From NCBI GenBank assembly GCA_029939245.1, contig JAOZTH010000001.1:1-63359 (forward strand): DNA of 63,359 bases, read 5' to 3'. A model generated the notes under the pieces. The model did not search any database and was not told the DNA's origin. It saw only the letters and a program-made list of their open reading frames with translations. Below, in pieces: positions 1-8,722 of the stretch; positions within the stretch are counted from its first letter, which is position 1, and each line of letters starts with the position of its first letter. Both the position numbers and the translations under genes were made by a program. Source of the stretch: Arcobacteraceae bacterium (GTDB lineage Bacteria; Campylobacterota; Campylobacteria; Campylobacterales; Arcobacteraceae).

Positions 1-251
1 AAGCAGTAGGGAGTTTTAGCCCCTATGTTTAGGGAGTTTGCGAGGGGTCAAAAGTTGAAAAAACAAAGCAGTATAAAAGGTATATTGATATCATCTGTTG
101 TTTTTTGTGTAGCTATCAAATAAAAGCACTTTTAAAAGGCACTTTTAGATGAGGTCGTCCAACTCAATAACAAATCATACTCAATACATTTGCTTAATTT
201 AATAAATCTCAAATATGAGTTTAATCAATCACAAATCTGTTATAAATCCAA

Positions 252-334
252 ATAGTGATACAATATAGTGATACTATAGCTACGAGCTACAAAAAGGCAC
301 GACAAAGCCAAGTGCTACAAAAGGCACGACAAAG
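252..334. repeat. Cluster of short direct repeats in an ORF-free spacer (ATAGTGATA x2 at 252-260 and 265-273; GCTACAAAA(A)GGCACGACAAAG x2 at 286-307 and 314-334)
   Basis: Read directly from the sequence. The ORF track lists no ORF of 60 aa or more before 903. Confidence 0.6.
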
Positions 335-1160
335 ATATGTTTGTAGCTATTTGATATATATATGAATTGATACAGATATATAGATGGGTCCTTTTAGGAA
401 ATCTTTTTTGTCCTATAGGTTTGTGATGGACGGACACAGACACTAGTTGGTTTATTTTTTTTAGGTTAATTTTTAGTTATTGTGTAGATATATTAAAACA
501 GATAAAAAAGCTTTTAAATAGTTTTAGTTTAGTTTGGTTAATTTTTGCTCCACAAATAAATGGAGCGATATTAAGCATACTACACATAGACTATGAAGCA
601 AAGCAAAGGCTCAAGAGGTTAATCACAAATCTGTTAAAAACTTGACAAAATTTACACTATAAAAAGGAAGCAAACAATAAAAAGGCAGATATTGATATTA
701 TACCAATAGTCAAAGATATATTTAATTAATTCCAAAAATGGAATAAATCAAAAATAATAAACCCCAACATTGGGGTAAACTCAAAACACGGACTAGACAG
801 ACGATAAGCACCCTCCAAATAATAAATCCCCAAGAGGGGATAAACCCCAAAAATAAATATATTTTATAGTCAAAGCCACAGATATAGACAGTATCACAGG
901 AAGTGGTCCAAGAGATATCAAAAGCGACTTATAGAGCTATCACAAAGCACGACACAGACAGATTAAGAATAGTTTGCTATAATATGCTATATTTTAGTAT
1001 AATCTCAATATACGACACTCCAAAAAACACAATATCCAATCAATCCAAAAAGTCAAAATATCCAATAAGGGGGACTAATAGGGGACTAAATTATTTTTTA
1101 TCAAACCTTAAACGAGCAGTGAAAAAGGGCTATGAAGTCAATGTTTATGGGGGTTTAGGG

Positions 1161-1237
1161 TGGTTGCGGAGATAGGATTTGAACCTATGACCTACGGGTT
1201 ATGAGCCCGTCGAGCTACCATACTGCTCTACTCCGCG
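1161..1237 (-). tRNA. Initiator tRNA-fMet (anticodon CAU)
   Basis: Reverse complement reads CGCGGAGTAGAGCAGTATGGTAGCTCGACGGGCTCATAACCCGTAGGTCATAGGTTCAAATCCTATCTCCGCAACCA. It has a C1:A72 mismatch, three G:C pairs closing the anticodon stem and a CTCATAA loop. It is near-collinear with E. coli tRNA-fMet as I remember it. Confidence 0.9.
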
Positions 1238-1244
1238 ACAAATG

Positions 1245-1319
1245 TGGATGGGGTAGAGGGATTCGAACCCACGAATAGTAGCACCAAAAGCTACTGCCTT
1301 ACCACTTGGCGATACCCCA
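1245..1319 (-). tRNA. tRNA-Gln (anticodon UUG)
   Basis: Reverse complement reads TGGGGTATCGCCAAGTGGTAAGGCAGTAGCTTTTGGTGCTACTATTCGTGGGTTCGAATCCCTCTACCCCATCCA. It has a cloverleaf with anticodon loop TTTTGGT and the typical tRNA-Gln 5' end UGGGGUAUCGCCAAG. Confidence 0.88.
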
Positions 1320-1392
1320 ACATAAAATTTCAACATTATAGCTAAATAAACTTAATCCAACTCAAAAAACTGTATATTTTGCATATTTTGTC

Positions 1393-1419
1393 TGTGTGGC
1401 AGTGTTGTTTTGCCACACA
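1393..1419 (-). terminator. Hairpin downstream of the RND operon (9-bp stem TGTGTGGCA/TGCCACACA)
   Basis: Perfect inverted repeat 12 nt past the stop of the 1431..3089 ORF. The flanking U-tract is weak. Confidence 0.35.
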
Positions 1420-1430
1420 AAAGGGTCTGT

Positions 1431-3089
1431 TTATAGCTGTTTTGCAAGTTTTTTCAGTGAGTTTTGCACTGACAACGGCACAAAAAAGATCGACACAATA
1501 TAGGCAAATATCGTGCCACCTATGAGAGCTACTCCTAGCCCACCAAACACAGCATCGCTAGCTAGCAAACTACTAGCAAACACTATAGCCAACACTGTTA
1601 GCAATATAGGTTTGGCTCTGGTGGCAGTAGCTCTAGCTATAGCTTCGTCTGGCTTGTAGCCCTCGCCCATAAGCTGCACAGCAAAATCCACGATGAGCAG
1701 TGAGTTTCTGGAGTTGATACCTATCAGCCCTATGAAACCTATGAGTGATGTCGCGGTCAGATAAAATGTATCAGGGGTGATCATATCCATAACCCAATGC
1801 CCTACTATGACACCTATGAGCGATAAAAAACTAGCCAGCACTATAGCTCCAGCTATAGCAAAAGCCTTGTAATACACCACCATGAGGAAAAATATCAACA
1901 CCAATGCCCCTATAAATGCCACACCTAACTCTATAAATGTATCTATAGTTACTTTAAGCTCTCCGTCCCATACCATATCAAATTTTTCGCCAGTTTGTCG
2001 GTCTTGGAAGCTTAAGTTTAGCATATCTGTCTTTGTGACTATATAGTCAGATGAGAGTTGCTCTAGCATATCGTCTCTAGCATCTAGTAGTGGATATATC
2101 TGGCTGTCGTTGTCTGTCGTAGCTAGGACATTTATGATATTTTTGAGATTTTTGGAGTTGATAGTCGGTGCTTGTTTGACCTTTTTGACCTCGATAAACT
2201 TCGACATAGGTATCATAAGCCCCATAGGGTTCATAAGTTTAAGTGCGAAAAGTTTTTTTTGTATATCTTTTTCATCGCCACTATCTAGCAGTCGCTTGTC
2301 GTCAAGTCGCAAAAAAAGTTTGATCTGGTTTTCGGCTCCGCCTTCGTTTATGACACCTATATCACTACCTTCAAATGCTATATATAACATCTTTTTGATC
2401 TGTTCAAACGATATACCACTTTGCAGTATCTTGTTTTTGTCTAGCAGTATAGCATATTTGTGTGTGGTTTCATCAGCATCTATATCTATATCTACTAAAC
2501 TCTTTTGGTCTTTTAAAATTTTTGCTATCTTTTTGGCAAACTCTCGGCGAGTTTCGAAACTATCTCCACCTGTAATTTCTGCAACTATATCTGCTAGTGT
2601 AGGTGGTCCAGATGGTAGCTCTATAAATTTTATGGTGCTGTCATACAGACTACATTTGTCTTGTATGGCAGGTCGTATCCTATGTATCATATTGTAGCTT
2701 CGCTCTGTTCTGTGTGTGGCTTTTTTGATATTTATCATCATCTCTGCTTGGTTTGCAGAGGATTTCAACGCACTACCTTTGACCATACCAGCGAAATCCA
2801 GAGGCTGACCCTCGCCTAGAAATACAGATATAGTATCGACTGCTTCCTCTTCTAACAGCATGTTTGATATACACTTTGTCACCTCTTGGGTCTTGAGTTT
2901 GTTTGAGTTTGTAGGTAGATCTACATATATAGAAAATGTGTCGCTATCTTTGCCGGGCAACATCTTTGCCTTGACTAGTTCGGTCGGTAGCATATATATA
3001 GAGCCCAAAAACAGCAAAAGTGTCAAGAGATATACTAGGTATTTTTTGAGACGGCTTTTTAGGATATTTAGTATTAGATTGTTTAGCAT
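1431..3089 (-). CDS. RND (AcrB/CzcA-like) efflux transporter, C-terminal half (TM7-12 plus second periplasmic loop)
   Basis: 552 aa. An N-terminal TM is followed by a large soluble loop, then a cluster of TMs (…GVAFIGALVLIFFLMVVYY… LIGINSRNSLLIVDF…). The ATG lies 1 nt after the stop of the upstream half. Confidence 0.8.
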   Translation of the reverse strand: MLNNLILNILKSRLKKYLVYLLTLLLFLGSIYMLPTELVKAKMLPGKDSDTFSIYVDLPTNSNKLKTQEVTKCISNMLLEEEAVDTISVFLGEGQPLDFAGMVKGSALKSSANQAEMMINIKKATHRTERSYNMIHRIRPAIQDKCSLYDSTIKFIELPSGPPTLADIVAEITGGDSFETRREFAKKIAKILKDQKSLVDIDIDADETTHKYAILLDKNKILQSGISFEQIKKMLYIAFEGSDIGVINEGGAENQIKLFLRLDDKRLLDSGDEKDIQKKLFALKLMNPMGLMIPMSKFIEVKKVKQAPTINSKNLKNIINVLATTDNDSQIYPLLDARDDMLEQLSSDYIVTKTDMLNLSFQDRQTGEKFDMVWDGELKVTIDTFIELGVAFIGALVLIFFLMVVYYKAFAIAGAIVLASFLSLIGVIVGHWVMDMITPDTFYLTATSLIGFIGLIGINSRNSLLIVDFAVQLMGEGYKPDEAIARATATRAKPILLTVLAIVFASSLLASDAVFGGLGVALIGGTIFAYIVSIFFVPLSVQNSLKKLAKQL

Positions 3090-3090
3090 A

Positions 3091-4638
3091 TTAAAGTTCC
3101 TTTTTTTTCAATATTTTTGCGACCATATACGGAGTGTACATATATGCCACTACTAGTGACACCAGCAATGCTATAGGCACAAACACAGGCAACGGGTGCA
3201 TAAACTGACCCATCATACCACCTACAAAAAACATAGGTATAAATGTCATGACTATAGCTATGGTGGCTATATTTGTAGGGTTGCCTATCTCGTTTGTAGC
3301 ATCTATGGCTATCTTTTCAAGCGAATGTTCCTTGTATTTTGGGTCATTCATATGGCGGTGGATATTTTCTATGACAATGATAGCGGCATCTACTAGAAGT
3401 CCTAGCGACAAAAGCAGAGCAAAAAGTGTGATACGATTTATAGTTTCACCCATCAAAAATCCTACAAAAAGTGTGAGCGAGAGTATCATAGGCACAGTTA
3501 TAGACACTATCATAGCTTCCTTGAATCCTAGAGCAAACACAAGCAACACAGCGATGATCAGGACAGACAAAACTAGATGAAACACTAGTTCGTTTACTGC
3601 ATGATTTGCTGTGTAGCCGTCGTCTCTAGTGATGACGAAGCCTATATTTTCGTCCGATAGCTTCTCTTTGATACTGTTTAGATGGGCGACTATCTTTTCG
3701 TTTATCACTACTGTGTTTGCTCCTTTTAGCTTGGATATAGTCATAGTCACTTGTGATTTATCTACTAGTGAATTTTGTTTGTCGTATATACGGGCTTCTT
3801 GTTTGTGCTGTATGTCATAACCTTTGGATATAGTCGCTATATCTTTGAGCAACACAGGTCGCCCTACATATCTATCTACTATTACATTGCCTAGGTCTCG
3901 CGATGTTTGTAGAGCATTGTCTATACCAAACACTACAAAAGTCCCGTCTTTTTTTTCTGCTTTTATATCTGGTAGCTCAAATGTAAGTCCTTTTAAAGCC
4001 ATAGCTACTTGTCCCAAAGTCACTCTCTTTTTGATAAGTTTGTCACTATCAACTAGTATGTTGTATTGCTCCTTTTTTTCGCCTTTTAGGTCTATCTGTG
4101 CTACATCGTCCATTTTGTTGATATCAAAAGCTAGTCTGTTGACTCTCTTGTATAACTCCACTTCGCTCATATTTTTGTCTTTGCTATAAAATGCCACAGA
4201 ACACACAGGTATATCTACATCTATATCCATAGTTTTGATGATAGGTTGCATAGCAGTTTTTGGCATCTCGTCCATATTTTTCATGACTTGGTCGTATAGT
4301 TTGAGATCCGATGCTCCTTTGTCTTGACCTATCAAGTACTGCACTTGGACTATACCTACAGAGTCTCTGGCTATACTAAATATATTTTCTACGCCTTTTA
4401 TCTGTCGTATCTTTTTCTCTAGTGGCTCTATGATGATCTTTTGTATCTCATCTGCTTTGGCTCCGGGCATAGGCACGATGACCGCGCCACCTGCTACTTT
4501 TATCTGTGGATTTTCTTCTCGTGGCATAAACTCTAGACTAAGATATCCTAGAGATAGTATAAATACCGCCGATATCAACGTGAGAGGATGAGCTATGAAA
4601 AATGATGCTAGTTTGCCTGCTATGTTTTGTTTTGTCAT
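3091..4638 (-). CDS. RND (AcrB/CzcA-like) efflux transporter, N-terminal half (TM1-6); ends just after an A8 tract
   Basis: 515 aa, beginning MTKQNIAGKLASFFIAHPLTLISAVFILSLG. It has a large periplasmic loop and the TM4-like motif LLSLGLLVDAAIIVIENI. Together with 1431..3089 it totals about 1067 aa, the length of a single RND protein. Confidence 0.8.
   Translation of the reverse strand: MTKQNIAGKLASFFIAHPLTLISAVFILSLGYLSLEFMPREENPQIKVAGGAVIVPMPGAKADEIQKIIIEPLEKKIRQIKGVENIFSIARDSVGIVQVQYLIGQDKGASDLKLYDQVMKNMDEMPKTAMQPIIKTMDIDVDIPVCSVAFYSKDKNMSEVELYKRVNRLAFDINKMDDVAQIDLKGEKKEQYNILVDSDKLIKKRVTLGQVAMALKGLTFELPDIKAEKKDGTFVVFGIDNALQTSRDLGNVIVDRYVGRPVLLKDIATISKGYDIQHKQEARIYDKQNSLVDKSQVTMTISKLKGANTVVINEKIVAHLNSIKEKLSDENIGFVITRDDGYTANHAVNELVFHLVLSVLIIAVLLVFALGFKEAMIVSITVPMILSLTLFVGFLMGETINRITLFALLLSLGLLVDAAIIVIENIHRHMNDPKYKEHSLEKIAIDATNEIGNPTNIATIAIVMTFIPMFFVGGMMGQFMHPLPVFVPIALLVSLVVAYMYTPYMVAKILKKKEL
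3101..3108 (-). repeat. A8 (T8 on the + strand) homopolymer at the RND split point
   Basis: Coding strand reads TTG AAA AAA AAG GAA CTT TAA T ATG CTA. Removing one A gives TTG AAA AAA AGG AAC TTT AAT ATG CTA, which is in frame with the downstream half. Confidence 0.9.
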
Positions 4639-6047
4639 CTTGGTTCTCCTAGTGAATTGCCAGAGGATACTTGAAGTTTGGCATATAGTATAGTCTGTTC
4701 GTATTTCGCTTGTATCACCGCCGCTTGGGCTTTGAGTGAGTTTTCAAACTGCATAAGTAGAAACATCATATTTGTCCTAAAGTCAAGATTGTTTTTATAT
4801 ATATTTTCTGTCCTGTTTAAAATATCTTTCGCCATATTTTTCACCTTTGTTTTGTTTGACATCTGAGTTTGATTTGCTCTAAAATCCAGATAATTTTTCT
4901 GCACCTCTAGACCTATACCACTTTTCATATATTCATAATATGTCTTGGTCTTGAGATAATCAATCTGTGCTTTTTGTTTGTTGATACTACTAATTTGTCC
5001 GTCAAATATGGTGTATTTTAGACCCACTGCTCCTAGATAATAGTCTTTTTCTACATCGGCCGTAGGTTCGTCGTCATTTAGTCCGTATTCTATGTGAGCG
5101 CCTACCATAGGATAACTTGAAGCATCGTCGAAGCTGACCTTTTCTTTCATGGTCTGTGTGTTTAGTTGCATAGATTTGTAGTCGTCTCTGTTTGTCATGG
5201 CGTCTTGTTGTAGCTGTAGTAGTGGTGGTGGCTTTTGGTCATAAAATACCAATACTCCCACATCGTCTATAGTTTCATCATCTGTCAAAAATCGTAAATA
5301 TGCTATAGCTATATCAAACTTAGACCGTGCATCGCTTAGCTGACCTTTTATCGTCTGTCTTGCCATCTGTGATTGTTTGACATCTATCACACGGGCTAGT
5401 TGGTTTTTGTATAGTCTTTGACTAGTGCGGACAAATCTGTTTGTGGTTTTGACGCTTTTTTGCAGCATCTTTATAAACTCTTTTGCTGTTACTGCTCCGT
5501 TGTATGCTTTTAAAACCTCTATGCCTATCTTTTTTTTGTCATATTTTAGCTGGTTTGACTTTGCTGATATTTGTAGCTTTGCCATGGTTTTTGCTGACTT
5601 TAGCTTGCCCCCTGTGTATATAGGCACATCATATGTCAGTTTGCCCTCGAAGTTGTTTCTCGCATCTGGATTGTTTAGGCGGTCTGGCTGGTGAGCTAGT
5701 AGGTCGCTTTTGGTCTGTGCTGCTGTAGCTGGGTTCATAAGTCCGCCCATACTGTCTATAAAATCTCCAAACCCAAAGTCGCCAAATGTAGCCTCACGAC
5801 TAGCTAGCTTTGCACCAAATACATATCCAGCATGGTTGGTGCGAGATATATTGTAGGCAAAATCAAGTCGTCCGTAGTCGTAGCCCTCTGCTTCTTTGAG
5901 TGTTTGACGTGCCTTTTGTGTCTCATATGACTTTGCTTTGAGTTCTTTGTTGTTTTTGATAGTCAAGTCCAATGCCTCTGTAAATGTCACCTTTTTGCTA
6001 TACGATACCGTAGTAGCAATCATAAATATCATAATATATTTTATCAT
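4635..6047 (-). CDS. Outer-membrane efflux protein (TolC/OMF family)
   Basis: 470 aa. It has a signal peptide, the opening …VTFTEALDLTIKNNKELKA… typical of OMFs, and two-repeat coiled architecture. It overlaps its neighbours with ATGA-type junctions. Confidence 0.8.
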   Translation of the reverse strand: MIKYIMIFMIATTVSYSKKVTFTEALDLTIKNNKELKAKSYETQKARQTLKEAEGYDYGRLDFAYNISRTNHAGYVFGAKLASREATFGDFGFGDFIDSMGGLMNPATAAQTKSDLLAHQPDRLNNPDARNNFEGKLTYDVPIYTGGKLKSAKTMAKLQISAKSNQLKYDKKKIGIEVLKAYNGAVTAKEFIKMLQKSVKTTNRFVRTSQRLYKNQLARVIDVKQSQMARQTIKGQLSDARSKFDIAIAYLRFLTDDETIDDVGVLVFYDQKPPPLLQLQQDAMTNRDDYKSMQLNTQTMKEKVSFDDASSYPMVGAHIEYGLNDDEPTADVEKDYYLGAVGLKYTIFDGQISSINKQKAQIDYLKTKTYYEYMKSGIGLEVQKNYLDFRANQTQMSNKTKVKNMAKDILNRTENIYKNNLDFRTNMMFLLMQFENSLKAQAAVIQAKYEQTILYAKLQVSSGNSLGEPR

Positions 6048-6640
6048 CTGTTTCCTTTTAGCATTTTTAGTAGCTCTTTTATAAAAGAGGTCAGCATATC
6101 TTTGTGATTGTAACCATCTATATCGCTATACATCACCACTGCCTCGCCTAAAGCAAACAAACCTTTGCTAAACAGGTGGGCATTTTGTGTTATGTTGCCT
6201 TTGTTTTTTTCATCTGTTAAGATATTGTTGAGCCATCTTTGATATTTTATCTGGATATTTTTCAACATCCGTATCATCTCTTTGTTTTGTGTTTTTATAG
6301 TTGTACGAACAAATTTATTATATATCCCTCTTCTGATTTTTGTCATATCATCATCCAATATGCATAAACTAAAAAGTGCCATTATTTTATCTTCCAATGT
6401 TTTGCTTTTATCTATTTTGTGTAGTATCTCTTTGTCATAACTTACCTGTTCGTATTCTATAACACTATATATGATGTCATCTTTTGATTCAAAATAGTTA
6501 TATACAGAACCTTTTGATATATCACATTCAGATGCTAGTTCATCTATGGTGAAGCTTGTGTATCCTCTCTTGATAAATAGGTTTACCGCTTCATGTGTTA
6601 TCCTCTTTTTGGTTTTTTCTCTGTCTACTATTTTTGGCAT
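6044..6640 (-). CDS. TetR/AcrR-family transcriptional regulator
   Basis: 198 aa. N-terminal HTH …RITHEAVNLFIKRGYTSFTIDELASECDISKGSVYNYFESKDDI…. It is the first gene of the efflux operon. Confidence 0.85.
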   Translation of the reverse strand: MPKIVDREKTKKRITHEAVNLFIKRGYTSFTIDELASECDISKGSVYNYFESKDDIIYSVIEYEQVSYDKEILHKIDKSKTLEDKIMALFSLCILDDDMTKIRRGIYNKFVRTTIKTQNKEMIRMLKNIQIKYQRWLNNILTDEKNKGNITQNAHLFSKGLFALGEAVVMYSDIDGYNHKDMLTSFIKELLKMLKGNR

Positions 6641-6745
6641 TGTTTCCTCTATATTTTTATTGACTTTGGGTCATTATAACATTTTATTCTTTATTTAACT
6701 CAAATTTTATATTATTTTGATAAAATTCACAAAAAGGATACAACC

Positions 6746-7774
6746 ATGAACAAAATATCGACCAAGATTATCTACAATCCAGATACGACAGAGACACTAG
6801 GCGAGCGAAGAACATTTGGAGGAGATCCAGATGGTATGCTTAACTTCACCAAGCCCAAATACGAATGGGCGACTAAGTTATGGGATATGATGGAGGCAAA
6901 TACATGGTTTCCAAAAGAGGTACAGATGACCGCAGATGCCAAAGATTACAAAAATCTCACCACAGATGAGAAACGTATGTATGACTTAGTGTTATCACAG
7001 CTGATATTTATGGATAGCCTACAGACAAACAATATCATGGACAATATGAATCCATATATCACCGCTCCAGAGATCAACGCCGTGCTATCACGACAAGCAT
7101 ATGAAGAGGCAAATCATAGCAAATCATATGCCGTGATGGTGGAGTCTATATCTGAAAACACAGACCTCATATACGATATGTGGAAAAAGGATGAGACCTT
7201 GCGAGAAAAAAACAAATACATAGCAGATACATTTGCCGCTTTGGGCGAAGACCCCACAGATGAAAATATAGTCCTAGCTATGTTTGCAAATCAAATTTTG
7301 GAAGGTATATATTTTTATGCTGGGTTTGCGGCCATGTATGCACTGAGTAAATCTGGCAAGATGTTAGGTTCATCGCAGATGATACGGTTTATCCAGCGAG
7401 ACGAGATCACACACCTAGTGCTGTTTCAAAATATGATCAAAAGCACCAAAAAGGAGCGACCAGAGCTGTTTACCAAAGAGCTAGAACAAAAGGTTCGCAA
7501 CCTCATACGAGGAGCGGTGCATATAGAGACCAAGTGGGGCATATATGTGACCAACAACAAAATACTGGGACTTAGCGATGAGATTATCACAAAATATATC
7601 CAATACCTAGCAGACAAACGACTCACAGCAGTAGGATATGAGGCAGAATATGGAGTGCCACACCCTATCAAATGGGTAGATGATTATGCATCGTTTAACG
7701 ACCAAAAAGTAAACTTTTTTGAAGGTAATGTCGTGAACTATTCCAAAGGGTCTTTGAGTTTTGATGACTTCTAG
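6746..7774 (+). CDS. nrdB: Ribonucleotide reductase class I beta subunit
   Basis: 342 aa. Di-iron ligand motifs EEANHSKSY and RDEITHLVLF, with overall R2 layout. Confidence 0.9.
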   Translation: MNKISTKIIYNPDTTETLGERRTFGGDPDGMLNFTKPKYEWATKLWDMMEANTWFPKEVQMTADAKDYKNLTTDEKRMYDLVLSQLIFMDSLQTNNIMDNMNPYITAPEINAVLSRQAYEEANHSKSYAVMVESISENTDLIYDMWKKDETLREKNKYIADTFAALGEDPTDENIVLAMFANQILEGIYFYAGFAAMYALSKSGKMLGSSQMIRFIQRDEITHLVLFQNMIKSTKKERPELFTKELEQKVRNLIRGAVHIETKWGIYVTNNKILGLSDEIITKYIQYLADKRLTAVGYEAEYGVPHPIKWVDDYASFNDQKVNFFEGNVVNYSKGSLSFDDF

Positions 7775-8582
7775 TCTAGTAGCTCTACAGCTTGACCTTG
7801 TGAATGATTTTGACGACAACTTAGCAAACTTAGTAGAGCATATAAACAGATGTGAGCCATATAGCTTCATAGTAGCACCAGAGCTTTGTTTGACAGGATA
7901 TTGCTACAACCAACTGCCACAAGCATCTATGTTTAGCGACCGTGCTATAGAAACTATCAAGCCTATGTCAGCCAACAGGACTATCGCACTGACTATGATA
8001 ACATACGATGAGATACAAAAAGCATATCAAAATACAGCTGTAGTATTTCACAGGGGCGAGATAGTCCATAGGCAGTCAAAAGCAAAGTTATTTACTTTGA
8101 ACGACGAGGCGAGATATTTTGCATCTGGCGACACAGATAGTATCAAGCTGTTTGAGATAGATGGCTTAAAAGTAGGGGTGCTAATATGTTTTGAGTTGCG
8201 GTTTATAGACCTATGGCGACAGCTACGAGGAGCCGATATTATAGCAGTGCCGTCTATGTGGGGTAGCCTACGAAAGCAAAATCTAGAACAACTCTCTCAA
8301 GCCCTAGCCGTGGCAAATCAATGTTATGTGATAGTGGCAAACAGTGCCGTAGATGATATGGCAAAGAGTAGTGCGGTGATATCGCCATTTGGCGATGTGG
8401 TGATAGACGACGACAAGAGCTGTGTATCTGCTAGATTTTTTATCAAAGAGATAGACAAGATGAGACGATATCTAGATGTAGGTTTGCTAGAGGCTAGAGA
8501 CTGGAGACTGGAGACTGGAGAATTGACAACTCACAATCCACATAGAGCAAATATCACCACAATCTCATCTGGTCTAGCATAG
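7761..8582 (+). CDS. Carbon-nitrogen hydrolase (nitrilase superfamily) protein
   Basis: 273 aa. It carries VAPELCLTGY (catalytic Glu region), a Lys region, and VLICFELRF (catalytic Cys). The likely start is TTG 7761 or ATG 7764. Confidence 0.75.
   Translation: MMTSSLVALQLDLVNDFDDNLANLVEHINRCEPYSFIVAPELCLTGYCYNQLPQASMFSDRAIETIKPMSANRTIALTMITYDEIQKAYQNTAVVFHRGEIVHRQSKAKLFTLNDEARYFASGDTDSIKLFEIDGLKVGVLICFELRFIDLWRQLRGADIIAVPSMWGSLRKQNLEQLSQALAVANQCYVIVANSAVDDMAKSSAVISPFGDVVIDDDKSCVSARFFIKEIDKMRRYLDVGLLEARDWRLETGELTTHNPHRANITTISSGLA
8497..8520 (+). repeat. Heptanucleotide tandem repeat (GAGACTG x3.4) inside the 3' end of the CN-hydrolase CDS
   Basis: Read directly: gagactg gagactg gagactg gag. 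Confidence 0.9.
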
Positions 8583-8722
8583 CAGACTTATAGTCTTGCT
8601 GTAGCAAATTTTATATCTAAAATACTTTCAAACCTTAAATTTTTAAATTAGTTTGCAAATATAAATAAAGTTTAAGAAATATATGTTATAATTCACCACA
8701 TTTTAAGAAAAAGGAGAAAATT

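Noticed and set aside
903-1175. 90-aa ORF at the end of the left spacer
   Set aside because: It runs into the tRNA-fMet gene, has no RBS, and gives a low-complexity translation. I treat it as non-coding.
3095-3110. Programmed -1 ribosomal frameshift on the A_AAA_AAG heptamer at the RND split (same slippery sequence as dnaX)
   Set aside because: The heptamer is in the correct zero-frame register. However, the -1 frame reads GGA ACT TTA ATA TGC TAA and terminates at once. Only a +1 shift (equivalent to losing one A) joins the halves, so DNA or transcript slippage or a sequencing error is more plausible than -1 PRF.
6641-6745. Possible riboswitch or regulatory RNA upstream of nrdB
   Set aside because: The 105-bp tetR/nrdB divergent spacer is AT-rich with no conserved riboswitch core or stable structure that I can recognise. 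It is most simply a divergent promoter region.
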